A stretch of DNA of 64,000 nt, taken from contig OZ237744.1 of assembly GCA_965178125.1 (NCBI GenBank), forward strand, positions 186,001 through 250,000. Direction: 5' to 3'. The position numbers and the translations under genes were made by a program. The stretch is from Bilabrum cf. latius. Taxonomy: Eukaryota. Below the pieces are notes generated by a model. The model worked only from the letters and a program-made list of their open reading frames with translations. It did not search any database and was not told the origin of the DNA. Every line of letters starts with the position of its first letter. Position 1 is the first letter of the stretch. Below are positions 50,748 to 61,949 of the stretch, piece after piece.

Positions 50748-53299
50748 CCGTCTATCCGGAATCTGTCCACACCGGGACATCTGTCCACACATTTCTCTCG
50801 GCCCTTCCTGCCCCCATGTCGGGGGCAGCGGCAAGTGGAAGCAGCGAATCTGATAGTAAAACTTCACATCTATCAGAATCTCTGTACTAGCGGCTTAAGG
50901 ACGATGTTCGTGCCGTCGGTTTTCTGCTTGCAAAAGGGGACGGCAGGGTCCCGGAGGAAAGCGCCCACACACGCTGGCTGCTAACACCTGTGAAGGTGTG
51001 GCAGCTTCACCTATACCTTGAAAAACATAAAGCAAGGTTCAGGCCGCGGAAGAAGAAGCAAGCATGGTCACAAGCCGCTGCAATGACCGAGGGCGTCGCA
51101 TCTGGGAACATCGGGTACAAGACGGTTGCGGCCGCCTAGAAGGCGTGGCGGCGCGAGATGATGCTACAGGAGCAGCCCTAGAAGCGGAAACTGAAGTCGT
51201 GTCTACCTGAGCGCCTTGAATTAGCGCTGGCGGAGCTAGTTCGGAGCAGAGCGAGGGAAAACATGCCGATGACCGATGACCAGGTGTTGCACTTTGCTAC
51301 CTGTCTCCGTCGAACGTACTTGCCCAAGCGCCTGAGGAAGGGCAGGCGCCCCAACAAAGAGTGGGTAAATGACTACATGAAGCGTAGAGAGCTGCATTCG
51401 TTGACTCCGGAGGACAAATCCATCGATAGGAGCGCAGCGGAGTCCGCCCACGTCCTGATCAACTGGTTCATCGCCTTCGCTTCCATCCTCGGTATGTCGA
51501 TTGACAAGTCCACCGGGAAGGCCATTGGTGAGCTGAAGAAGTATCATCCTAGTATGATTGCCAATGCGGATGAGACTGTCGTTTTAGTCGAATCCCCGCC
51601 TGGCTAGAACAAGTTTCGTGACCTCAAGGTGGTCGTCGACTCGAGCGACGACAGGGCCACCCTTCGCCGTTCGCGGTTCGCCAAGACCAACGTGGCCTAC
51701 ATCCCTTTCGTCACTGTAGACGGATTGGTAGCTGATGTAGTTATCTTCAAGTATGACGGCAAGGGAACGCACGATGAAGGATTTCGCTTGGAGAACGACC
51801 GGTTGAAGTAGATGCTCAAGGACCTGCCGAAGGAGCCCACCGACGAGCAGGTGCAGAAGGTGCTTGACTGCCAGGCCGTGGCACAGCGGGTGGCTTACCC
51901 GAGCCCCACGCAGCTTCTATTCGTGACAGACGTCCCTGAGGAGTTCAAGGAGGTCGTAACGACCAAGCGCACGAGCCTTGTCGCCACTCCCACGGGGTAC
52001 AGCAACGCCACCACCTTCGGCGGGGGGGTGCGCCTGCTGGCCGACCACTTCGATACCGTGCGCACAAAGGAGAAACTAGGCAAGGATGCAAGGGGTCTAC
52101 TGATCGTAGACGGGCATACAACCCACCATACGGCAGCACTGAAGGCGCTGTGTGCGTAGAGGAACATCGACCTGGTCTTCCTCCCCCCCAACACCACCCA
52201 CTTCATGCAGCCCCTGGACGTCGCATGCATGGCGTCCTTCAAGCGCGTGTTCGCCGCCGACAAGCCGTACTTTGGCGAGTTTATTGCAAGCCGGTACCGT
52301 ATTGAGGAGTAGAAGGCCAAGACCATATCGACGAAGGAGCACTTGAAAGCAGCCGGGCTGGCGAAGAACTACGGGGAGGAGTACATCCTGCCGATGCTGA
52401 TGTCGGCGTCCAGGCAGGCGTTCACAGCCAAGAACGCAACCAGTGGGTTCAGGAAGTGCGGCTTGCTTCCACTTGACCCGGTCTCGGTGATGAAGGGGCT
52501 CAAGATGAAGGATGAAGTGATCAAGGCGGCGCTAGCTGGGTTGGTGGAGGAGGGGGGGGAGGGGGCTGCCAGTGGGGCGGGTGCTGACGACCTCGAGCCC
52601 GGGGGTGCCATCGCTCTGGTGTGCATCATGTTGGGGATTGACAAGCCCCCTCCTTTGTGGCGAGATGCGCCAGCGCATGCAACGTGCACCCTTGAGTAGG
52701 TTACGGATGCTTTGGTGAAGTATGGGGAGAGGCTGAATGCGGACCAGGCCCGTGACATGCTTGTGGATCGGCGGCCTGGCATGGCCGGTACTGTTGATAT
52801 GATCGCCTTGCACATCGCCAAGGTGAGAGAGAGTGGTGACAGGGCCGAGCTAGCTGAGAAGGGTACTAGGAAGCCTCGGACAAAGACGCAGCTCTCGCGC
52901 AGGCTGGCTGGTGTGGGAGGGACGGCAGAAGAGGCTCGGGCGGCGACGCTTGAGGCTGCTTCGAACAAGCGGAAGAGGGCGGAGGAGGGGGGAGCTGGGG
53001 GGAGGAAGAAGCGGCCCAAGTCGCCCAAGAAGAAACGTAGGGTGGAGAAAGGCAAGAAGGGTCAAGAACGTGCGGGTGGAGGAGGAGAGCGTGCGAAGGC
53101 GGAAGCCATGCCCTCGGCAGCTCCTGGGGGGCGGACGCGATCACGAAAGAATGTGAAGAAGCCAAGCAGATATAATTAAGCCTATTTACTTTTCACTAGT
53201 GAAATATCAGCCTGTACGGTGCCATAGAGACGAAGATATCACCTGTCCAAAAAGTGTGGACACATTGCCGGAGTTGGACAGATTTCTAGGAATCCGCTG
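50748..53299 (+). mobile_element. pogo/Tc1-mariner superfamily DNA transposon with imperfect terminal inverted repeats
   Basis: Left end AATCTGTCCACACCGGGACATCTGTCCACAC (about 50760-50790) is an imperfect inverted copy of right-end GTGTGGACACATTGCCGGAGTTGGACAGATT (about 53254-53284). The right end is ...CTG|TA. No clean TA on the left, so the boundaries are approximate. Confidence 0.75.
50816..53179 (+). CDS. DDE_1 (pogo/CENP-B-like) transposase
   Basis: Catalytic motifs IANADET, LIVDGHTTH and FLPPNTTHFMQPLDV; SGFRKCGLLP; CENP-B-like HTH region (PNKEWVNDYMKR); basic C-terminus. TAGs at 50888, 51137, 51179, 51605, 51809, 52157, 52310 and 52697; ends in TAA. Confidence 0.9.
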
Positions 53300-53645
53300 T
53301 ACCCCGAACTCCCGCCGTCCATAGCTTATGAGCTAATCGTCACCATCGAGATGCAAAAGTATCGCTGGAAAGCGCTTCCGGAGCTCTATCGGCTGAAAAA
53401 GGATTCGCCAGCTGCGGGCGGTTCTGTGAGAAGGTTCGGCGGCTTGTAGTCCCGGTTTGGGGCGGATTTTCTGTGGACATTTCCCCGATCAACGGATCCG
53501 ATCTGCAGTAGGTGCAGCTTGAGATATCGAGGGAAGGCAACCAAAATACACGCGTGGTCGTTGCGATTCTGCAATTCATCATCACTTAGAGACTGCTGAC
53601 TCCGTATCGCATCGCATCAAGCCGACACCTGACACAGGCCGCTGA

Positions 53646-54578
53646 TCACCCATGACCATACCTGAGACTACCTTTAGCACCACCACCACCACCACCACCA
53701 CCACCACCACCGACAGGGACGTAGTGTCTCACCCAATCACACACCATGTACTGGGGAAACACCGTGTCATTGGCCGGCTTGCCCGGGAACCCTCCCCCCA
53801 CGGCCAGGTTCAGTATGAAGAACCAGTCGTGCTCCTCGTTCACCTTCTGGCTCCAGCCGTTCACGACCGCAACCTGATCGTCGTTCAAGTAGTAAATCAA
53901 CTGATCATGTTCCCTGTCAATATTCGCTCCGAACACGTGGTACGTCTCGTTGTACAGGTGCGTGGAGTTGGCGGGCAGCGGGGTCGAGTAGTTGCCCAGG
54001 GAAGCCTCCTGGGCATGCCCGCACGTCTTGCTGTCGTTCGCCCAATGTGCAGCCCAGTGCTACGTTTGTTCCCCATGCGCGCCGTGCACCTGGCCGTGGC
54101 GCTTTCCGCCGACGCTTTCCATGATGTCGATCTCGCCAGAAACCGGCCAGCAACTCCCGTTCTGCGGCATGAGCCAGATTGCCGGCCATAGACCTTGGGA
54201 AAGGCCGTGCGCTCCGACGTAGTACATGCAGCTGGCCTCGAATCGCCCTTCTCTGGCCCACCGTTTTGAGTTGCCGTCGATCCAGCCGCTCACGTACGGA
54301 TGGTTGCTGGACGTGTTTAGGTCTTTGGAGCGATCGGCCGTCAGTACTAGCGTTCCATCTTTGACGGACACCTGCTCTGGAATGTACCATTCCAGTTCTC
54401 GACTGCCATGCTCCCCTGTCTTGAGGTTCCAATTGCTCTCATTGATTTCGTTGCCGTTGAATTCGTCTTGGAAGTCGAGGTTCCATCTGCTGGGATCAAA
54501 CGGAGGAGCTGGCTAAGCTAGTGCTGCGAATGAGATCAATGTCAGTCCGACGAGCGAGGCCACGGCTTGCAGCTTCAT
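53646..54578 (-). CDS. Secreted GH16 beta-1,3-glucanase (laminarinase-like)
   Basis: Signal peptide MKLQAVASLVGLTLISFAALA. Motifs FQDEFNG, GLWPAIWLMP, catalytic WPVSGEIDIME, FILNLAVGG and FPQYMVCDWVR. Poly-Gly tail. TAGs at 54513 and 54060; ends in TGA. Confidence 0.9.
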
Positions 54579-54733
54579 TGGCTCGCGCCTTGCCTGTGAT
54601 GACGCGCTCTTCGGAACTGCAACGAATCTTTGGCGAACCTTCGATCTCATCAAGTGACCCGGAAAGGCGCCGAGGAAACTTCCTCCACTGTACTTTGCGT
54701 GCCTACACTAGAAATCCGGCTGAAGGCGCTACA

Positions 54734-56875
54734 ATGGGTTACGAACCAAATGGGCGAATCACATACATGCACAACCAGCCGCGGTGAGTTCCGTTTACTG
54801 CCGTTTGTCCGGCCGTATAACGCCAATGGTGCGCAATGGTGCCTTGCTTCGACTGGTGGGGTGGTAGCTCTTCCTTCATTCGTATGGAGCACACGCTTGC
54901 CATGCATCCAGTCCATATGCGCTGTTCTGCATTTGTTTCGGACATCAAGCTTTCCCGCAGCCCTGGCGACGGCCAGATTCCTATCGACGTGGCTCTCAAT
55001 GGAGACGACGAAGCTGTTCAAGCCGCGTGGGAGGAGTACGCTCGTGGCGTTGCAAGCTACGGCATCTCTATCGCTGTCGTTGGTACTATTTTCGCCGTTA
55101 CAGTGGCAATTTTCAGTTGCGTTGCGTGCGCCCAGGCATGCGGTTTCAAAGGCGACTTTTGCAAGAAGCCGAGCTTGATTCCCAGGATGATTAGCATCTG
55201 GGCGTTTGCGGCCATGATTGGTGTCGCAGCGCTCCTGAGCATTATTGCTCCTACTTCGGTGCGAAATATCGGTCAAGCCTACGTGGACGGGTTGGATACG
55301 GGAATCGACTTTTTAGAGATTTCGGTCCGTCTCGGCGATGAGGTCGAAAGCATCGGCGACGGTCTGGACAACATGACCACAGCAGCAAACAACATCAACG
55401 ATGAGCTGGCGGGCAATCCCCAAGCGCAGGATCTGCGCACGGCCATCAACGACTTCATCGGCGCCGTGAGCGATTCCGCCGCCGACGTCAAGTCATCTGG
55501 TGGCGACATTGCCGATTCGACCAAGGACGCCCGGCAGTCGCTCGTGGACCTGCGGGACGCAAACGTGAGGGGACAAATCAGTCGCGGAACCAACTCGAAC
55601 GCCATCCTCAACTTTTTGTTCTTCGTGACCTTCGCGGTGGCCGGCGCCCTGCCCTTCCTGCCTACCTTTATGCCGATCGCGCACAAGTTCCTCACCGGCA
55701 TCACGTGCTGCTGCTGCGTGCTTCCCACCTTTTGGGTAGCCGGCGTGCTCGGCGTGATTGCCATGGTCGGCAGCGACGTGTGCTTCGACATCGAGGACAC
55801 GCTGGTGGCCATCGTGGAGCTGGGGCAGGACGAGGATGACGCGACACCGAGGGCGCTATCCGTGGCTGCACTGGCCGGCAGCCAGATGGAGGAGGAGGAA
55901 TACAGCACCGGCGATCAGTCCGGTTTCGGGTCAATTGCCGCCTCTTTCGCAGCCAAGGGGGCATGGTACGCGGCGGATGCATCGGGGCTGCCAGTATCCC
56001 AGTGGCTGGAGGCAGAGGCAGAAGATGCCAATAGTGCTGCAGTGCGCGTGCTGCAGGTGGACGACGACGACATCGCACCCGCTGGCAATGACGACGACGT
56101 CCCAGGCGACACGGGCGTGGACACTCTCAAGTACTACCTCAAGTGCCACGAGTCGAACCCCCCGCCGCTCCCCAGCGTGCTCGCCACAGCGCGTGACGGC
56201 GCCAACACCTTCTATTCGACGTCCAACGACCTCAACAGAATCGTAGATCAACTCGAGCAGTACTACACGCAGATCCCCGAGCTGGAGGGCCATGTAGTCA
56301 CCATGCGCACCGGCTTCCTGACGATCAACGAGTCGGTGGCTGACACGATGGACCTCTTTTTGTGCGACGGAGTCAACGAGCCCATCTACAACTTCATCTC
56401 GATCGTGTGCAACGACGCCGTGGGCAACGGCATCGTGCTTGCCTTCTAGCTGATGGCAGGCACCGCCTTCATGGCAGTAATCGGCATGGTGCCCAACCTC
56501 TTCATCCTGGCCAGGCACCCCGCTGAGGAATACAAGGAGCCTCAGGTGGTGAGCATCACAGTCAACATGGTGGGAGGCGTGCAGCCGGTGGACGGCGCGC
56601 AGCCGGTGGACGGCGTGCAGCCCAACCCGGTGAATGGGTACGAGGCGCAGGCAGGTGGATACCCAGGTGCGACGGCGGGATCAATCAACGCGCCTCCGGA
56701 GAGCCAGCCGGAGTTCCATGACCCTGTCAAGGCGCCGAGTGCGCCGGTGGCCCCGCCAGTCACGCCTCACGCGGGCCAGTTGACCGTGCCCTCTGGCCAG
56801 TCTCCCTTCCTCGCCCAGCCGCCGTCGGCACCAGAGGCGCCTCCTGCCGGCTTCGTCAAGTAGGAGCCGTTCTGA
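54734..56875 (+). CDS. Tweety-family (TTYH-like) multi-pass membrane protein
   Basis: Exon 1 MGYEPNGRITYMHNQPR; intron 54784..54960. About five hydrophobic helices, SDVCFD, YYLKC, a C-x14-C pair before the last TM helix and a Pro-rich tail. TAGs at 56447 and 56861; TGA at 56873. Confidence 0.7.
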
Positions 56876-57202
56876 TGTGATTGTGCTGACTTTTGCTGGT
56901 TTTTGCTCCGCTGTAAGCTCAGGAAGACGGGCGAGCTGTATTTCCTGTTAAGCGGCGTAGCATCTCAATCTGACCTGATGATGGGTAGCAAGATCCCCCC
57001 CGGATCTAGGTGTGCAGTTGTGTGCATGGTTTGTGCTGTCCAGAGAACCATTGAGAATCAAGTAAACAAGCTAAAGTAATTTATCCAATAGTATTTGCAT
57101 ACCAACATTTGTGCAGACGAGACCGCGAAAAAGTCGCCTGACCCCGTGGGCCGGAAGCAGCCCCCGTTAATTTTCTGTTCCAGTGACTTACATCGGCAGC
57201 GA

Positions 57203-59366
57203 TTAGCCGACCACGGAGAGCTCGGCAGGCGGCGCCACGAACGCCGCGCTGCTGCCCGCGTCTCCTCCCGCCGGCGCCCCAGCCACCTCGCCGGTCTTGC
57301 CTCCTCCGGCTCCGCTGCTCGCGCCCTCCTCGATGGCATCGTGCTCCTCAAGCGGTGCGTCTTGCCTGATCATTTCCACAGCGACGTCCGCCGACACGCC
57401 CATCTCCATGGCCTCCATGCCCAGCGCCGTCCTGCTGGCGACGCGGTTGTCCATGACCTCGTCGAAGAGGACAGAGTCTCCGCACAGCGAGTGGAAGAGC
57501 TGGTAGTTGAACTCCCCCGTGGTCTTGTCCACCAGCCTGATGCACATCTTGTCGATGGCCACCATGCTCAGCACCGTCTGCACGAAGCCGTCGATAAGGT
57601 CGTCCAGACCCAGGCCCAGAGTGTTGAAGTCCTTGCGGTCCATGAGCAGCAGCCTGTCAGTCTCGCTCGTCCACTCGAGGTCTCCCTGCAGCTTGGACAG
57701 GTTGGTACCCAGCATGCTCCAGCTGCTCTTGCCGGTGGCCTCCCCGGTGAGCGGCTCGGCTGCGCGGCGCGCGTACGCGGCGAGCGGCCTGTAGCCCTCC
57801 TTGGTCGATGACACCATCATCCGGAGATCGGCCACGAAGATCCGGTTGTGCCGGTCGGGAATCGTGCCCGTGTGGTAGAAGGTGCCGTCCCTCTGCCTCG
57901 AGCTCCACGCCGAATGCCCGATGAGGCTCTGCACGATGTAGCTCGAATAGTAGTGCGAGTCCTGCATGAACGCGTCCAGCTCCTCCTTGTTCAGGATGGT
58001 GTACACGCCCTGTCCCGCGTTGAGGAAGGGAACCTTCACTACACCGTGGCCGCCGAACTTCTTGATCCAGAGGGGGACCTCGTGCTTGCGCGCAGAGTGG
58101 CACGTCTCCGGGGTCCTGATCCGCAGGCCGATCCCCTTGGTTTCCAGCTCCGAGTTGAGGATGTCGTAGGCCACCGCGCCCATGGCCTTGTTCCTCCCAC
58201 CCGCCAGGCAGGGCAGCAAGGGGTTTAGGATCCTAGTCTTGCACTTGATCGGGAATCGGGTCCACGGCCTCTGGGTCACGTATCGGAACGCAGCGCGGAC
58301 GGGCTTCCACTCCTCCTCAGACTTTGCCTCGGCTGCTCCGGCCGCTGCAGAGCCCTCCCCTGCCTTGGCAACGCCCCCGCCCTTGCCTAGCGCGGTGGCC
58401 TGTGACACGCGCACCTCCATCACACCGTCCGCCGTCCAGCGGACGGGAGGCGTGTCGTCGGTGAGATAGAACTCAACGAGGTAGACGGGCTCCTTGGCCA
58501 GGTCCGAGAGAACAGTGGCGTAGCTCGAGGCCTCCATCCTGTTCTTGTCGTACACGACGGCGAGGACACCGCCGGGGACCAGCTTCTCAGTGGCCTCCTC
58601 GTCGAGCAGGTCTCCAAAGGTGGTCTCGAGGAGCCTCTTGTAGGCGCCTTCCTCCTCTGCATCTCGCAGCAGGGGCATGGACTTGCATCCGGAGGGGCAC
58701 GAGTTCGTCTCGACGATGCACGCGCGGCTGCGGACAGGCAATCAAGAGGCGGAAGCAGCTAAATAGTAAAAAAAGAGTAGTAGCTACAAACAGGCCCATG
58801 TGACCGAAAGCCATGGTGCAGCAGCCAGATACAACATATGTACGTATCAAGCGCTGAATGCAGCGATATTCATGCCGCTATCTCACCGGGTGCCCTCTGC
58901 AGTCACGACAGAAAAGGTGTCGCAGCCTCCCCACCTGAAGTGCCTCGGCTTGTAGCGCAGCATGCCGAGGAGGTCATCCTCCTTGCACTCAGGGTGCAGA
59001 TGGCAGTATCGCCTGGCGATACGCTCGATCTTCATGTTCATGAAGCTCAGGACGAGCGGGTGGATGGTGGCGTTGCTCGCGCGCGGGTAGAACGAGCGGA
59101 GCGGATCGAAGGAATCCGGCTCCACCTGCTCGACGCGCCCGTGCTTCACCTTGATCTGGCTGACAGATGCAGATGCAATCGATTTGGCAGTACCATCACC
59201 CATAGGGGCGGGACGAGCGGCGGCTGCGGGGCGCGTGAAAGGGCACTGTTCCGAATGGTCGACCGATTGGAGATGCGATTCTAGACACGCAAGTCACCAC
59301 AGCTTCTGCCACAAGAGAGCTGTGTTACTTTTGTTTCTCACTAGTTCCTGATCCTGCAGCAGCCAT
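57203..59366 (-). CDS. Conserved uncharacterised protein, probable ATP-grasp-like fold
   Basis: Introns 59224..59341 and 58728..58886. Motifs IVETNSCPSG.KSMP, VVKVPFLNAGQGVY, YIVQSLI and VADLRMMV. No TAG; ends in TAA. Confidence 0.65.
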
Positions 59367-59599
59367 GATATATCTCCTTGATTTGCTGTTTGTTGTGGCG
59401 AGAGCAAAGTTGCAGTTGAAATGTGCTGGATCTTCTGTGGGTTCCTTTTCTGCGGAAGGACCGAACACATGGTTCCTGGCGAACCCGAGCGAACCTGCCG
59501 TTGGATGGCTCACAGAATACGGACAACTGCAACATGGAGATGAAAAGAATCCCATGATAACCATAAACTACACACTGCTTATGAACCATGTATTACATA

Positions 59600-61404
59600 T
59601 CAAGACCGCTAGGCCACCACAATGGCATACGATGCCGCAGGCATGCTGATTTGAGCATCAGCAGGCATTGACTCGCCCATTCCGATGAGGTCTGGGAGCT
59701 CGTGGCGCTCGTTCACCCGTGCAACCGTGCCAGACACGCTAATCAAACTGCTTGCCAGCCCTTCACCGTCGCCGGGGAGCAGCCGGTACACAACCATGGT
59801 GGAGCCGCAGGAGCCGCCTTGCGCACCGCACCTCAGCGACACGCTCACATCATCGCTTTGCCGCAGGTTCAGGAGCAAAATCGCCGTTGCGTTGCTTCCC
59901 CACCGATGGCCAGATTTCGCCTCAAACGCGTACGCGCGCACGTGCTCCGTTTCGTAGTCGCCGAGCAGCTGCCCCAGTGCTCCTCTGCCTCGCACCGCAG
60001 GGCGAGGCAGAGCAGCCCCTCCGATGATCCTCTACAGCAGCGCGGTCGTGAAGTAGTCGGGGTTGGGGGAGAACTAAATGGGCAGCACCGGGTGCTTGCT
60101 CCCGCCGACGTAATCCAGGAGCGGGTAATCCCCCCCGATGAGGTCCTGCCGGATCATGCCCTGGTGACCCTCCGCGAGCCCGACCTCACCGAGCTCACCG
60201 AGGAGCCACAGCCCGCTCGCGTACCTGTTCGAGACGTTGGCCAGGCCGCCGCCCCAGAAAGAAGAGGTCTCGCCGATGAGCACCGGCTTGCTCGGCGCGA
60301 AGCTCCGGATCGCCCTCGTGACGTTCGGCAGGAACATTCGCCGCATGCGGTCCTGGTACTCGTTCGTGAGCACCATCTGTGATCGAAGAAAGAATAAGAA
60401 TAAAATTGAACGGATGCAGAGTCAGAAATGGAGCAAGAACCTGGGGCGGCAAAAGCAACGAGCAGAGCAGGTGCTCCTCTACGGTAAGAGGCTCTACCCA
60501 GGAGCGAGCAGAGCAGGTGCTCCACTCTGCGAGGCCCAGCCGATCTAAGCATGGTAGCGCACTAGATTTGTCTCACTTGGGCAGAAGAAGTGTCATTTCC
60601 CTGATACTGCGAGTAGTAGTGCCAGGTGACCCGGTCCAGCACCTTCCCGGCGCCCTCCAGTACTTCGGCGAAGAATCGCGTCACGTCTGCACCGTAAATG
60701 GACCGGCATTGCCCCCTTGGGTCTCCCGTCAGACTCGGGTCTGGGCCCCATAGCTCAGTGTCGGGGGTGAGCTCGTCCACCAGTTGTCGCATGCGAACAA
60801 ACCCGCTGGCCATCTGGGCGCCCGTCATATTCGTGACCGCCGAGGAGCAGTTGTACACGTTGCTCTCGTTGCCGAGCTCCCATGCGTGCACGTTTTGCTT
60901 GTTCTTCTTGACGTACTCCAATAGCTCCCGTGCATTGCTCGAGTCCCACTCTGGTGCCTTGTTTGCAGGCACTAGCCCCCGTTGCTGCCTGCCGAATACC
61001 GCGTTGACGCCGTAAACCATTCGCAGTCCTGCTCTGTCGCAAAAATCGACCAACGAGTTCCATAACGAGGCATTCATGTACAGATGATGCAAACCGGTGG
61101 GACTTGGAAGGCCGCTAGGTGGTATCCACCCAGACAGATTGAAAGCTACAAAGTCCTGCACGCTGCCGCCGAAGCGAATGTATGCAGGCCCAATATTCTT
61201 GGCAAGCTGTATGAGAGCCTCGTCACGCAGGTCAACCCGTTCCCTCGTGTAGCCAAATAGGGTTGTGGTATCGATACTGAAGCTGCTCGATAGGGCGTCC
61301 ATCTTCTTGCTTGGTCCAAAACTGACATCCACGACAACTTCAGGAGATACAGCAGACGCATACACGCACATGCTACAGGTAGCAAGCAAGCTGCGCAGAG
61401 CCAT
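59600..61404 (-). CDS. Secreted GH79 heparanase/beta-glucuronidase-like glycosidase
   Basis: Signal peptide. Motifs PAYIRFGGS, WELGNE (acid/base), TWHYY, LIGETSSFWGGG (nucleophile), RQDLIGG and PNPDY. Intron 60377..60576. TAGs at 60074, 60032 and 59609; TGA at 59600. Confidence 0.9.
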
Positions 61405-61949
61405 TGCACTACTTCGACGAGACTCTGGGACCCAAAATCGGCGCCAGGGCCTGCTGCCAAGTGCACTTTACAATTGGGCCGCGAATCTGAGAGGACTCCT
61501 CTGGATTCAGGTGATCACTCGAACTCCTTCGGGGGCAACGGTGCATCTGGGTGCTTGTGGAATCTTTACCCAACAATGTATTTCTGTATTTCTGTATTTC
61601 TGTATCTGTCTGCCTTTTTTACGAATGCCCCCCAGTGGTCACCCCACCGAATCATGGGCCTCAATTCCTGCATTTCACGCTCGAAATGTGGGGGTACACG
61701 CGATTCTCTGGTAGGCAGTCTGTTCCAGATAATGCTCATGCCGTGCCGCGAGATCTCAAGCTGGCCCTGGCCCCTCGCGATGGCCTCACGCCTCCGGTGG
61801 GTCGGGCTTGCCACTGGACGGGCGGGGTGCACGACGTACATTTGCCGCAGTGCACCCGAGTGCAATAACCTTGCTGCAGAGGATGTAGTGAGGGGGCGCG
61901 GAAGGAGATGGAAGGGCAGAATTTCGCCAGGTGGTTGGGAGGCGGGCAC

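Noticed and set aside
54060-54062. GH16 T*HW suggesting that TAG encodes a hydrophobic residue
   Set aside because: It lies in an apparent short insertion or duplication (HGAHGEQT*HWAAHW), so the alignment is ambiguous and is outweighed by the Gln-like contexts.
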